Notes: generated by a model from the sequence alone, not told the origin. A stretch of 61,246 nucleotides of DNA from Candidatus Gottesmanbacteria bacterium RIFCSPLOWO2_01_FULL_42_22 (GCA_001779315.1 MFJU01000035.1:1-61246), one strand, 5' to 3'. Counted from the stretch's first letter, positions 20,699 through 30,928 are shown. Translations and numbers: made by a program.

Positions 20699-21349
20699 GG
20701 ATTGAGGGAAGCCGAGGAGGAGGATGTCGATGACCAGCTTGTAGTTGACGTTCCCTTCCAAAAATTTTCGCGCCTGTAAAGAACGCCTTATGGAATTGGC
20801 TATTAGGACATGGCCTTTTTGGGTCGACATTAACTGTTTTTCCAAAGTTGCGGTCAGTTTGTCCAGAAAGACTAAAGCATCTTCACGTGTTTTGATCCAA
20901 TTTTCCGACAACTCTAATCTCTGACCGGCAGAGGCAGACATAATTTCAGCCAGATTTTCTTCCGGCAGATAATTTGATACCGGCGTCTCACCTTTTTTAT
21001 CTCTGATAATTTGGCTTCTGGAGAGGACTGTCGGTAAAATTTGATTATCATTCCTTGCCGTCATGACGATGACAGTTGATTCAGGTGCTTCTTCCAAAAT
21101 TTTGAGGAGGGCATTTTGAGCTTCAACGGTTGCATGATCGATACCTTCAATTATCAGCATTTTAGTTTCCCCGGATAAAGGCCGGTTTTTCATATTGGCT
21201 AAAGTCTGCCGTACTTGGGCAATACCGATGGAGGTTTCCGCTTTAATCGGGAAAGTATCGACATCGGCTACCGCATATTTTTTTTTAAAGCCGTTGATTT
21301 TTTCCTGACTGAAATTCGGGCTGTTACTTAAAATCAGATAAGTCTTCAT
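20696..21349 (-). CDS. holB: DNA polymerase III delta-prime-like clamp-loader subunit (short form).
   Basis: 217 aa. AQNALLKILEEAPESTVIVMTARNDNQILPTVLSRSQII matches the sensor-1/SRC region of delta-prime. Confidence 0.65.
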   Translation of the reverse strand: MKTYLILSNSPNFSQEKINGFKKKYAVADVDTFPIKAETSIGIAQVRQTLANMKNRPLSGETKMLIIEGIDHATVEAQNALLKILEEAPESTVIVMTARNDNQILPTVLSRSQIIRDKKGETPVSNYLPEENLAEIMSASAGQRLELSENWIKTREDALVFLDKLTATLEKQLMSTQKGHVLIANSIRRSLQARKFLEGNVNYKLVIDILLLGFPQS

Positions 21350-21358
21350 ATTGTTTCA

Positions 21359-21388
21359 TTGACAATTATAAGTCAAAAAATTGATAAT
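21359..21388 (+). promoter_or_regulatory. Candidate sigma70-type promoter for the pilus operon.
   Basis: TTGACA lies at 21359-21364, followed by an 18-nt spacer and GATAAT at 21383-21388, about 40 nt upstream of the pilB ATG. The leader contains CCTCCC...GGGAGG, which could pair with the SD sequence. Confidence 0.35.
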
Positions 21389-21429
21389 AAAAATATCCCT
21401 CCCCGGTCAGATCAGGGAGGAGCCTGCCT

Positions 21430-23124
21430 ATGGATCACGCTCAGAAGATTCTGCAAATACTCACCGACCAGGGTGACCTGACGCCTGAGATGGCGGAAAA
21501 AGTCAGAGTGGATGCCATCAACTCCGATACTCCGGTCGCGGAAATACTCCTTAAGAACCGCTTGGTGGATGAAGATAAATTATTAAAGGCCAAAGCTAGC
21601 GCTTTGAATGTGCCCTTTATTTCCCTTCTGGGCCGCGGGATTTCCCCTGATATCCTTCTCCTTTTGCCTGAACCGGTCGCCAAAAGATATAAGCTGATTC
21701 CTTTTGAAATAGATAAAGAAACCGGGAAATTGGCGGTGGCCATGACAGATCCTTTAAACTTGCCTCTTATTGAATTTTTGGAACAAAAAAGCGGCAAAAG
21801 CATAATTCCCTATTTAGTCAACGAACAGGAAATTATCGCTAAAATCGATGAACAGTATGCCCAGGGTTTGACGACTGAAGTGACAGAGGCTTTAAAAGAT
21901 GCTTCGCCGGGGATAAGGACAGTCAAAGCTGAGAATTTAAACCAGATTATCAAAGAAGCCCCCATCGCTAAAATCGTCTCGACTGTCCTTGATTTTGCCG
22001 TCAAAAACCGCGCTTCAGATATCCATATCGAACCTCAAGAATCAAGAACCAGAATAAGATACAGGATTGACGGTATGCTGGTCGAGAAACTGGCCTTGCC
22101 ACGCTCGGTCCATGATGCTGTATTATCCCGCATCAAAATTTTGGCCGATATGAAAATTGATGAAAAAAGACTGCCGCAGGACGGCCGCTTTAATTTCAAA
22201 ACGGCGGCGGAAGAGATTGATTTAAGGGTTTCGACACTGCCGACGGTCTTCGGTGAGAAAGTAACGATGAGACTTTTGCGTAAGACAGGCGGCATACCGA
22301 CACTTCAGGAATTAGGTATGTCCGGTGTGGCCCTAAAAAATTTGCAGACAGCGGTCACCAAACCCCACGGCATAGTTCTGGTAACCGGACCGACCGGTTC
22401 AGGCAAGACGACCACTTTATACTCAATTTTGTCCCGCTTAAACGTCATTAATGTCAATATTATTACTCTGGAGGATCCGGTAGAATATGAAATTCCCGGT
22501 TTAAATCAGGTCCAAGTAAATCTGCAGGCGGGTTTGACTTTTGCTTCCGGCATGAGAGCCTTTTTGAGGCAGGATCCCAACATCATATTAGTCGGCGAAA
22601 TCCGTGACAGCGAAACAACGCAATTGGCTATCCAGGCCGCTTTAACCGGCCATCTGGTTTTCTCAACCCTTCATACCAATAATGCGGCCACCGCCATCCC
22701 CCGGCTTTTGGATCTGGGAGCAGAACCCTTTTTGATAGTTTCCGTCCTGAATGCGGTTGAAGCCCAAAGAATCATCAGGAAAATCTGTTCTTCCTGCAAA
22801 CAGGAATTTCTCCCGGACGCAAAAGCAGAGAGTGATATCCGCTCGGTTTTGGGTAAATTAATGCCGCCCGGTCAAATAAAACTTTATAAAGGTGCAGGCT
22901 GTAAGGAATGCAATAATTCAGGTTATTTGGGCCGGGGAGGCATTTTTGAAACAATAGTGGTGACGCCAACCATTGCCAGATTAATTGTGGAAAGATCTTC
23001 AGCGGAAGACATTGAAAAACAGGCAGTTGCCGAAGGCCTGATAACTTTAAAACAGGACGGTTATCTGAAAGTACTGGCCGGTGTGACGACTTTGGAAGAA
23101 ATTTTCCGGGTGGCCCAGGAATAA
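21430..23124 (+). CDS. pilB: Type IV pilus assembly ATPase (GspE/PilB family).
   Basis: 564 aa with an N-terminal T2SSE_N-like domain, Walker A GPTGSGKTTT, and the zinc motif CSSC...CKEC followed by GYLGRGGIFE. Confidence 0.9.
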   Translation: MDHAQKILQILTDQGDLTPEMAEKVRVDAINSDTPVAEILLKNRLVDEDKLLKAKASALNVPFISLLGRGISPDILLLLPEPVAKRYKLIPFEIDKETGKLAVAMTDPLNLPLIEFLEQKSGKSIIPYLVNEQEIIAKIDEQYAQGLTTEVTEALKDASPGIRTVKAENLNQIIKEAPIAKIVSTVLDFAVKNRASDIHIEPQESRTRIRYRIDGMLVEKLALPRSVHDAVLSRIKILADMKIDEKRLPQDGRFNFKTAAEEIDLRVSTLPTVFGEKVTMRLLRKTGGIPTLQELGMSGVALKNLQTAVTKPHGIVLVTGPTGSGKTTTLYSILSRLNVINVNIITLEDPVEYEIPGLNQVQVNLQAGLTFASGMRAFLRQDPNIILVGEIRDSETTQLAIQAALTGHLVFSTLHTNNAATAIPRLLDLGAEPFLIVSVLNAVEAQRIIRKICSSCKQEFLPDAKAESDIRSVLGKLMPPGQIKLYKGAGCKECNNSGYLGRGGIFETIVVTPTIARLIVERSSAEDIEKQAVAEGLITLKQDGYLKVLAGVTTLEEIFRVAQE

Positions 23125-23125
23125 T

Positions 23126-24190
23126 ATGGATCTGACCGAACTTTTATCGCTGACAATTACCAGAGGTGCCTCCGATCTGCATTTGGTAGCGGAGTATCCC
23201 CCTTCTCTTCGCATCAACGGCGAGTTGAAGCCTTTACTTTCAATGAACATCCTAAACAGCCAGGATATTGAAAATATGATTTTTTCCTGTTTATCAGCCG
23301 CTCAAAAAGAATTACTGATAGCCAACCGCGAACTTGATTTTTCGGCGGTTTTTAAATTGAACAGTGAGGAAAAACACCGCTTCCGGGTAAACAGTTATTT
23401 CCAGAAGAATACGTTAGCTGCTTCTTTCAGGGTGATCCCCACAAAAATCAAATCATTGGCAGAACTGAATTTGCCGCAAATATTAGCCAATTTTGCCACT
23501 CTCAGAGACGGTTTGGTCCTGCTGACCGGGCCTTCCGGACAGGGAAAATCAACCACGATCGCCTCCATCATCCAGATCATCAATGAAAACCGGCAGGCTC
23601 ATATTATTTCCATAGAAGATCCGATTGAGTACGAGTTTGCCCGGGCAAAAGCCATTATCTCCCAGCGCGAGATGTACCAGGATACCCATTCCTGGCTGAA
23701 TGCGCTTAAATATGCTGTCAGGGAAGATCCTGATGTGGTATTTATCGGCGAGATGCGTGATTATGAAACAATTTCTGCAGCTTTGACAATTGCTGAAACA
23801 GGACATCTGGTTTTCTCGACTTTGCATACCAATTCCGCCTCCCAAACAATCGACCGCATCATTGATATTTTTCCTTCCGGGCAACAGGCCCAGGTCAGAA
23901 TGCAGCTGTCCATGGTCATGCGCGGTATTATTTCCCAAAGGCTGGTACCGATGGTGGCCGGCGGCAGACTGCCTATCTGTGAAGTTCTTTTGGGCACGGA
24001 TTCGGTGAAAAATACCATCCGCGAAGGCAATACGCATATGATTGACAATATTATCCAGACATCGGGAGAGAGCGGCATGATGCTATTCGAAGAACATTTG
24101 AGACAAAAAGTTGACCAGAACCTGATTGCCAATGAGATAGCTGTGCAGTATGCTTTACGTCCGGCTACTTACCTTCAATTAATTCGCTGA
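23126..24190 (+). CDS. pilT: Type IV pilus retraction ATPase.
   Basis: 354 aa with ASDLHLVAEYPPSLRINGEL, Walker A GPSGQGKSTT and GHLVFSTLHTNSA. Confidence 0.85.
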   Translation: MDLTELLSLTITRGASDLHLVAEYPPSLRINGELKPLLSMNILNSQDIENMIFSCLSAAQKELLIANRELDFSAVFKLNSEEKHRFRVNSYFQKNTLAASFRVIPTKIKSLAELNLPQILANFATLRDGLVLLTGPSGQGKSTTIASIIQIINENRQAHIISIEDPIEYEFARAKAIISQREMYQDTHSWLNALKYAVREDPDVVFIGEMRDYETISAALTIAETGHLVFSTLHTNSASQTIDRIIDIFPSGQQAQVRMQLSMVMRGIISQRLVPMVAGGRLPICEVLLGTDSVKNTIREGNTHMIDNIIQTSGESGMMLFEEHLRQKVDQNLIANEIAVQYALRPATYLQLIR

Positions 24191-24192
24191 AT

Positions 24193-25392
24193 ATGTCCAG
24201 ATTTACTTATAAAATTAAGGATACGGAGGGAAAGACAGTTGACGGCATTATCGAGGCTAATTCTCTTAAACAAGCCCAGAACCTTCTGCATGAGCGGGGT
24301 TATTTCATTATCAGGCTGAAAGAAAAGCAACAGGGATATTTCAAAGCGGCAGCCGGTAGCGGTGTCTCTTTTCAGGATTTGGTGCATATAACCAGACAAT
24401 TGTCGACCATGATCACGGCCGGGTTGACTTTGGACGAATCACTTTTAATTCTGCTCCAGCAAATTAAAAAACCGAAACTGATTGTGCTTTTGAGGAAAAT
24501 TGAGGAAGAGGTTAAATCCGGCAAATCCTTTGCTTTGGCTTTGGAAAAATATCCCAGGGTTTTTCCGCCGGTTTATCTGGCTCTGGTCCGGGCCGGTGAA
24601 GCTTCCGGAAAGCTGGATACAATCCTGGCGCGCCTTTCTGAAAACCTGGAGAAAAGCCGCGACTTCCGCAATAAAATCAAGGGGGCCATGATTTATCCGG
24701 CTATCGTTGTCTCCGGTATGGTGGTGGTGACATTTATTGTCATGACTGTCGTCGTTCCGCGGTTGACCTCGCTTTATTCTGAATTTGATATCGAATTGCC
24801 GCTACCGACAAGAATTTTAATAGGCATTTCTTCACTCTTGGTAAACTCCTGGTATCTCTTTGTGCTATCAGCAGTTTTACTGTTTATAACTTTTTTCTAT
24901 ATGCGCCGTTCCAAATACGGGCAATTTATTATCTCGACAGTTGTCCTCATGATTCCCATCTTCGGTCCGATTATCAGGCAATCAACATTGGTTGAAATCA
25001 CCAAAACCCTGGCCCTTTTAATTGACGGAGGAGTACCTATTCTGACTTCTCTGGAAATTGCCCAGAATACCACCGGCAATGTGATTTACCGTGATGCCTT
25101 TATGGAAGCAGCACGCAAAGTGGAAAAAGGCTTTCCGCTGTCCGATCCATTATTGGAAAACAAGATGATGCCGACTATTTTGGGTCAGATGGTGGCTGTG
25201 GGTGAGCATACCGGTCAATTAGGCGATGCCCTGAATAAATTATCGGTTTATTTCGAAACAGAGGCCGATAGCGCTGTCAGGACATTGACGACCATGATAG
25301 AGCCTTTGATCATGATAGTCCTGGGATTGGGTGTCGGTTTCCTGGTTATGGCGGTCCTTTTGCCTATTTATTCCCTGACTAGTAAGTTCTGA
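24193..25392 (+). CDS. pilC: Type IV pilus platform protein (GspF/PilC family).
   Basis: 399 aa with two T2SSF-like repeats and three TM helices. Confidence 0.85.
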   Translation: MSRFTYKIKDTEGKTVDGIIEANSLKQAQNLLHERGYFIIRLKEKQQGYFKAAAGSGVSFQDLVHITRQLSTMITAGLTLDESLLILLQQIKKPKLIVLLRKIEEEVKSGKSFALALEKYPRVFPPVYLALVRAGEASGKLDTILARLSENLEKSRDFRNKIKGAMIYPAIVVSGMVVVTFIVMTVVVPRLTSLYSEFDIELPLPTRILIGISSLLVNSWYLFVLSAVLLFITFFYMRRSKYGQFIISTVVLMIPIFGPIIRQSTLVEITKTLALLIDGGVPILTSLEIAQNTTGNVIYRDAFMEAARKVEKGFPLSDPLLENKMMPTILGQMVAVGEHTGQLGDALNKLSVYFETEADSAVRTLTTMIEPLIMIVLGLGVGFLVMAVLLPIYSLTSKF

Positions 25393-25431
25393 TTGACAAA
25401 GTATTTTGATTATGCATATGATAATGTTATT

Positions 25432-25953
25432 ATGAAAAATAAATTTTTTTCCTCCGGGTTTACGTTAATTGAAATTCTGATCGTGGTGGCACTTTTAGGC
25501 GCCCTGGCCATCGGGCTGATGGCCACCCTCGATCCTTTCCAGCAGTTGAGGAAAGGCACGGATTCCACCAGGAGAAGTTTAGCCAATGATATATACAGGG
25601 CCTTTATCTCTTACCAGGCAACTAAGGGAGCATTTCCCTGGTCAGTCGACTTGGCCACCACGGCCGGAGATGATGCCAGTATGACAACGGCTGATACGGG
25701 TTATATCGACATGCTGGTTGATAACGGGGAACTTAAGAGTAATTTCGTCGCTTCGGCCGGTACGCATCTGGGTAAACTGAATATTACTTCGACAGCAACG
25801 GCTGGTGTTTATGATTTGAATGTCTGCTATTTACCTGAATCCAAATCATTTATTAATGACCCCAGTGCAATTTACAATATTGATGGAACGGACGGTACGA
25901 CCTGTGTGGCTAACGGTGGCGGCAGCGACACCTGTTATATCTGTATCAAGTAG
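25432..25953 (+). CDS. Type IV pilin (candidate major pilin).
   Basis: MKNKFFSSG|FTLIEILIVVALLGALAIG is a class III signal with Glu at +5. Cysteines sit near the C-terminus (CVANGGGSDTCYIC). I prefer the ATG at 25432 to the TTG at 25393. Confidence 0.8.
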   Translation: MKNKFFSSGFTLIEILIVVALLGALAIGLMATLDPFQQLRKGTDSTRRSLANDIYRAFISYQATKGAFPWSVDLATTAGDDASMTTADTGYIDMLVDNGELKSNFVASAGTHLGKLNITSTATAGVYDLNVCYLPESKSFINDPSAIYNIDGTDGTTCVANGGGSDTCYICIK

Positions 25954-25959
25954 ACACTA

Positions 25960-26721
25960 TTGATTTTTCTTACTTTCCTTCTCGGTCTGGCAGTTGGATC
26001 ATTTATCAATCTATTGATTGACCGCTTGCCAAAGGGTGAGGATATCATCTTCAAAAGATCCCACTGCGACTTCTGCCGCAAAACACTTAGAATTGCCGAC
26101 CTGGTGCCTCTGATTTCCTTCTTATTTCTTAAAGGCCGCTGCCGCTATTGCCGCCGCCCCTTATCCTTAAAATACCCTCTTTTTGAACTGTTGACTGCCT
26201 TTCTTTTTGTCTTTGTATATCTCAAGTATCCCCTTTCGGCTAGCTTCGAAAGCTTTGTTACCCTCTTTTATTACTTTTTGGCAGTTTCAGTCCTTCTGGT
26301 TATTTTCTTTATTGATTTGAGGCACCATATAATTCCGGACGGTCTGACCCTCATATTGACGTTAACCACCCTTTTCTACCAGTGGTTATACCTTCCGCAG
26401 TTTTTTTTAAGTAATATCCTCAGCGGCGCCGGTTTCATGCTGCTTTTCCTGTTTTTATTCCTGGTTACCCGCGGCCGCGGCATGGGCTTTGGCGACGTCA
26501 AACTTTCCTTTTTTATCGGTATGTTTGCCGGTTTCCCCAAAATAATTGTTGTTTTTTATCTGGCTTTCTTGACAGGAGCACTGCTTTCTCTGATACTGGT
26601 ATCAATGGGTAAAAAGAAGCTCAAAAGCACCATTGCTTTCGGTCCCTTCCTGGTAGCGGCTGCCTTTGTCGGCCATTTTTACGGAGATTCTCTTATTCGC
26701 TTTTTCAGTCAATTCGTTTAA
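25960..26721 (+). CDS. pilD: Prepilin peptidase (A24 family).
   Basis: 253 aa with the zinc motif CDFC...CRYC, the aspartate motif GMGFGDVKL and a polytopic profile. It has a TTG start. Confidence 0.85.
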   Translation: MIFLTFLLGLAVGSFINLLIDRLPKGEDIIFKRSHCDFCRKTLRIADLVPLISFLFLKGRCRYCRRPLSLKYPLFELLTAFLFVFVYLKYPLSASFESFVTLFYYFLAVSVLLVIFFIDLRHHIIPDGLTLILTLTTLFYQWLYLPQFFLSNILSGAGFMLLFLFLFLVTRGRGMGFGDVKLSFFIGMFAGFPKIIVVFYLAFLTGALLSLILVSMGKKKLKSTIAFGPFLVAAAFVGHFYGDSLIRFFSQFV

Positions 26722-26725
26722 TAAA

Positions 26726-27169
26726 ATGGCTGCCCGACGTTCTTTAGGGTTTACCCTGATTGAAATAATTATCGTCATGGCCCTTTTGGCCATTCTCTCG
26801 ACTGCCCTTTGGTCAAATTTTATTTCAGCCATCAATAAGGGTAAGGATTCGCGCCGTAAACAGGATTTAAAGACAATTGTGGAAGCTCTGGAGCTTTATT
26901 ATAACGATGAGGCTTATTATCCCCTGGAGCTTATTTGGGGCGGTTCCCTTGCCAATCCGGACGACGCCAGCTTAATCTACCTTCAAAAAATCCCCAATGA
27001 CCCTTTATCAAACAGAAGTTATTGTTATGACAGAAGCGATGAAAACACTTTTATCATTTATACCAATCTGGAGAATCCCAACGATTCTGAAAGACTGTCA
27101 ATCCCGGTAACTTGCAGTGCCGACGGGCTGGAATATAACTATGTATTAAAAAGCAGTAATCAGGAGTAA
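26726..27169 (+). CDS. Prepilin-type protein (pseudopilin, GspG-like).
   Basis: MAARRSLG|FTLIEIIIVMALLAIL followed by KGKDSRRKQDLKTIVEALELYY. Confidence 0.8.
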   Translation: MAARRSLGFTLIEIIIVMALLAILSTALWSNFISAINKGKDSRRKQDLKTIVEALELYYNDEAYYPLELIWGGSLANPDDASLIYLQKIPNDPLSNRSYCYDRSDENTFIIYTNLENPNDSERLSIPVTCSADGLEYNYVLKSSNQE

Positions 27170-27170
27170 T

Positions 27171-27566
27171 ATGAAAAAAGGCTTCACCTTAATTGAAATC
27201 TTAGTGGCCATCGCCATTGTCTCTGTGATTTCTGTAGTGGTTGTCCCCAATTTGGTTAATATCAGGCAAAAGGCCCGCGATACCAAACGCAAAGTTGATC
27301 TTCGTGAAATAAAAAACGCTCTCGAACAATATTACACAACTTGCGGCAACCAATATCCCCTGCCGGAACCTGACGGAAGTTTTGTCGGCATAATCTGTTA
27401 TGCCGGAACCGGGGATATCAATATTCTGTCTAATTTGCCGGAAGATCCAAAAACAGGCGATCCCTATGTCTGTCCTGATTTAAATGAATGCGATGCTACT
27501 AAATATAATATCTGCGCTACTCTGGAGACAGAGGCAGACCCTTATTGCGTCGGGAGTCTGCAATGA
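27171..27566 (+). CDS. Prepilin-type protein.
   Basis: MKKG|FTLIEILVAIAIVSV followed by KARDTKRKVDLREIKNALEQYY. Confidence 0.8.
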   Translation: MKKGFTLIEILVAIAIVSVISVVVVPNLVNIRQKARDTKRKVDLREIKNALEQYYTTCGNQYPLPEPDGSFVGIICYAGTGDINILSNLPEDPKTGDPYVCPDLNECDATKYNICATLETEADPYCVGSLQ

Positions 27567-27973
27567 AAAATAGTTACGGTTTTACCATTATCGAAATCCT
27601 GGTTTCAGTAGGGCTGATCGCTCTTTTGTCCACCATAGGCATTACCGGTTTTCAGGCGATTACCCGCGGCGGCCGCGATGCTCTTCGTAAAACCGAACTG
27701 GAAAAAATCAGAAGCGCTTTGGAAATCTTTAAATCTGATTACAGTTATTATCCGGAAAATGACACAGAGTGCGGGCCTGCTATCGGCCCAACTTATATAG
27801 CTAGTTATCCCGAAGACCCTAAATCTCCCGATTTTCAATACTGCTATATAAGGTTAAACGAATTAACTTATAAAATTTGCGCTCATCTGGAAAACGGGGA
27901 TGCATCTGAATTATGTACTGAAGTATTGAGTGCCTGCACTTCTAATTGCAATTACATGGTCAGCAATCCCTGA
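27563..27973 (+). CDS. Prepilin-type protein.
   Basis: MKNSYG|FTIIEILVSVGLIALL. Its ATG overlaps the previous stop (ATGA). Confidence 0.8.
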   Translation: MKNSYGFTIIEILVSVGLIALLSTIGITGFQAITRGGRDALRKTELEKIRSALEIFKSDYSYYPENDTECGPAIGPTYIASYPEDPKSPDFQYCYIRLNELTYKICAHLENGDASELCTEVLSACTSNCNYMVSNP

Positions 27974-28512
27974 TGGCAAATTCAAAATTCAAAATTCTAA
28001 AAAACGGCTTTACGATTATAGAGATTCTGGTGACGATTGCTATAATCCTGATTCTGGTAGGAGGCTCCTATACCGGTTATGCGACGATTGCCGACCGCCA
28101 GAAATTAGTGACCGCCGGGCAGAATATGAAGAATATTTTGAGGGATGTCCAAAGCCGTGCCTACAACCGGGAAATAGACTGCACGGTTTGCGACTGTTCC
28201 TTAGATGCCCAAGATATCTCCCATGGCTGGGTGGTTGATTTCAGCAACAAGGTTTTCTACGGCAATTGTTACTATACACCTCCCGATCCTACCCCTTATA
28301 CGGAAACCGCTTTCAATCTCGGCAGTGATATTTCTTTGACCGTCTATCCGGAAATATGGGTTGTTACTTTTTCCGCTGATCCGCCCGGCGTCGATGAGGA
28401 TGTGACTGTCTGTCTGTCAAAACAGGGTATGGCGGGCAGTTATTACAAAATAAATATCAGCCGATCCGGAGAGATCACTGATTCCGGAGGATTGACCGAA
28501 ACATGTCCATAA
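27973..28512 (+). CDS. Prepilin-type protein (minor pilin).
   Basis: MANSKFKILKNG|FTIIEILVTIAIILIL. TGATG start/stop overlap with the previous gene. Confidence 0.75.
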   Translation: MANSKFKILKNGFTIIEILVTIAIILILVGGSYTGYATIADRQKLVTAGQNMKNILRDVQSRAYNREIDCTVCDCSLDAQDISHGWVVDFSNKVFYGNCYYTPPDPTPYTETAFNLGSDISLTVYPEIWVVTFSADPPGVDEDVTVCLSKQGMAGSYYKINISRSGEITDSGGLTETCP

Positions 28513-28964
28513 AATCCGGCCAAACCATGATTGAAGTCATTGTCGCCCTGACTTTGATCATCCTTTTTCTGTCGGGAGTGGTAGTCGTCGAGCTTTATGC
28601 CATCAGGAATGCCGATTATTCCCGCAACAGAAGTACCTCAACCCAACTGGCTAAACAACAGATCGAAAGGGCCAGGGTGATGCGTGATTCCGGCCGGATC
28701 GATTCATTATGGCAATATTGCAGTTCGATTTGTTATATTAATAACCAGCTGACTCCCATACCGGATGTGACCTCTACCGGTAAATTCGGCCAATCATTAA
28801 GCATCTATAGTGCTTCTGCCGATGATTGTCTCCAGCCTGACGTGACCATCACTCCTGAGCCGATTTTTTATAAAACAACGGCATCGGTCACCTGGGATAC
28901 GGCAGGGATTATTACCCCCCACCCGCAGGTTGAATTATCGTCATGCATTACTGATTGGAGATGA
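28503..28964 (+). CDS. Prepilin-type protein (minor pilin, PilV/GspI-like leader).
   Basis: MSIKSG|QTMIEVIVALTLIILFL. Confidence 0.7.
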   Translation: MSIKSGQTMIEVIVALTLIILFLSGVVVVELYAIRNADYSRNRSTSTQLAKQQIERARVMRDSGRIDSLWQYCSSICYINNQLTPIPDVTSTGKFGQSLSIYSASADDCLQPDVTITPEPIFYKTTASVTWDTAGIITPHPQVELSSCITDWR

Positions 28965-29506
28965 GCATGAAAATTAAAAATTCAAACAATTCCGGTTATT
29001 CGTTTATAGAGTTATTGGTGGTTATCACACTTATGTCTATCCTGGGGACGATAACCACCGAAGCCTTTATCCTGGGTATCAAAGCCCAGGGCAAAGGGGA
29101 AATCATGAAGGATGTCAAGCAAAATGCCGACTATGCCGGCCAGGTCATCGACTCGATGGTGCGTAATTCCGTCTATATCGATGAGAGTTTATGCAATATC
29201 AATAATACATCTTTGACCATTACCAACCGCGACGGTTACCAAACGACCTTTGAGTGTACCGGTGATGTTTTAGCCTCGGTCAGCGGCGAAATTCTCCAGC
29301 CGACTATCCAGCCTTTAATCGGCAGCCGGGTCAAAGTCGAAAGTAACAGCTGTGTCTTCAGCGTCATTTGTCCCACCCCTCCCCTCTCCCCCAAATACGT
29401 CTTTGTCAATTTCACCCTTTCCCAAAGCGGTACCAGCGCTCTGCCTGCCGAACAGCAATCCAGCCTCGAATACCAGAACACCATCTCTCTGCGCAATTAC
29501 GAATAA
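28961..29506 (+). CDS. Prepilin-type protein (minor pilin, PilW/GspJ-like).
   Basis: MSMKIKNSNNSG|YSFIELLVVITLMSIL. The ATG at 28961 overlaps the previous TGA; the track uses the TTG at 28955. Confidence 0.7.
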   Translation: MSMKIKNSNNSGYSFIELLVVITLMSILGTITTEAFILGIKAQGKGEIMKDVKQNADYAGQVIDSMVRNSVYIDESLCNINNTSLTITNRDGYQTTFECTGDVLASVSGEILQPTIQPLIGSRVKVESNSCVFSVICPTPPLSPKYVFVNFTLSQSGTSALPAEQQSSLEYQNTISLRNYE

Positions 29507-29638
29507 AACATGTTATTTCACAAAACAGGCTGCAAAATCCTTCAAAACCCCCAAAGAATATCAGTTGAAGAACAAATATAACTTATCAATAAAGTATGTC
29601 AATTACACTTACCCTGACAAGACGATAGGATAGTATTG

Positions 29639-30928
29639 TTATGAGAAAAATTCTGCAGCTGAAATAATTTTTATTTCTTGAGGTGGTTTATAATTATCCG
29701 GTTTCTCCAAAGTTAAAAGATTAAGGTTTCGGCATTTAAGGTTATTACCTGCTTTTATAAGTGCCCTTACTTCCCTGCTCTGGGTTTCCTCATCAGTTAA
29801 ATCAAAACAAACCTGATATAAAGCGGTAGTTTTGCCTTCTGAGAGTATGGCAAAATCAACCTCGTTTCCTTTATCGTCTTTATAATAGTGTTTAGTATCG
29901 TTTTCTCTGGCCAGTTTATGAAAAACTATATTCTCAAATAACCTCCCCATGTTCTTTGAAAATTTCGTAGAAAGGGCGGTCATAAAGCCGGTGTCAACAA
30001 AATAGACTTTACGCGGATATTGCAATTGGTTGATGACTGCCCGATTGTAAATATACAGCTCGTTCATAAAGTACGAGCTTTCTATATAAGAAAGGTAATT
30101 ATCTACGGTTGACTTTCCTACCGGTATATTCATGCTTTTTAGGGAATTTGCCAGTTTTGAAATGGTTATATAGCTTGAATTAAGAAGCAGTTTAAGAAGA
30201 GTCCTTAGTGCTGTATCGTTGTCTATTTTATACCTTTCGGCTATATCCCGTTGTACGACTGTTTGAAAATAGGTTTGCAGAAGTTCCTGTTTCTTTTCTG
30301 TTGCGGTTAACGCTACTGCCGGTAATGCGCCATATACCAGGTACTCATCAAAAAGAAATCTGAATCGGGCCATTTCGTCTTTTACAAAGTCTAATTTCTC
30401 AAAATCAATATTAGTTTTTTTGAATCTTAAAAATTCTTTAAAAGTCAAAGGGTTGACCATTATTTCCCATGACCTGCCCCGGAGCTCGGTCGGTAATTCC
30501 GCACTGCTCATTTTTGATGAGGAGCCGGTTATATATAGCTGTATGGTTTCACTGTCTAATATCCTGCGCACCCATTTTGACCAGTTAGGAACGAGCTGTA
30601 ATTCATCTAATAAGAGATATTTAGGTTTCTTGCCAAAAGTTGCCTGTATTTCCGGTATTAGGCCGGTCAATAAATCTGTAGAGGGTGTTATTATTCTCTC
30701 ATCTTCAAAGTTTATATAAACCACTTCTTCGCGGGGATGTATTTCTAACAGCTTTTCTATAGCCTGGTAGAGTAGATATGTCTTCCCTACCCGCCTGAAG
30801 CCGGTAATAACGGTAACATTATTGGTTCCCTCTTGCAGTGAAGTGTCCAAGTGAGTATCACGCTCTATTATCGGGGGCAGCTTCCGGTCTTTCCATTCAA
30901 ATAAAAGTGTCCTTAATATCGTGTTCAC
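29639..30928 (-). CDS. AAA+ ATPase of the AAA_14 + DUF4143 (COG1373-like) type.
   Basis: 429 aa with Walker A GFRRVGKTYLL, Walker B LLLDELQ and a C-terminal region with EVDFAI resembling the DUF4143 nuclease-like module. Confidence 0.7.
   Translation of the reverse strand: MNTILRTLLFEWKDRKLPPIIERDTHLDTSLQEGTNNVTVITGFRRVGKTYLLYQAIEKLLEIHPREEVVYINFEDERIITPSTDLLTGLIPEIQATFGKKPKYLLLDELQLVPNWSKWVRRILDSETIQLYITGSSSKMSSAELPTELRGRSWEIMVNPLTFKEFLRFKKTNIDFEKLDFVKDEMARFRFLFDEYLVYGALPAVALTATEKKQELLQTYFQTVVQRDIAERYKIDNDTALRTLLKLLLNSSYITISKLANSLKSMNIPVGKSTVDNYLSYIESSYFMNELYIYNRAVINQLQYPRKVYFVDTGFMTALSTKFSKNMGRLFENIVFHKLARENDTKHYYKDDKGNEVDFAILSEGKTTALYQVCFDLTDEETQSREVRALIKAGNNLKCRNLNLLTLEKPDNYKPPQEIKIISAAEFFS

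Noticed and set aside
21396-21429. Hairpin CCTCCC...GGGAGG in the pilB leader as an anti-SD translational switch.
   Set aside because: It has only a 6-bp stem with a 12-nt loop. It is too weak to claim regulation without folding energies or conservation. I mention it only in the promoter feature.
23549-24132. ORFs 23549-24037(-) and 23761-24132(-), 162 and 123 aa.
   Set aside because: They are antisense to pilT, whose identity is well supported, and they have no motifs.
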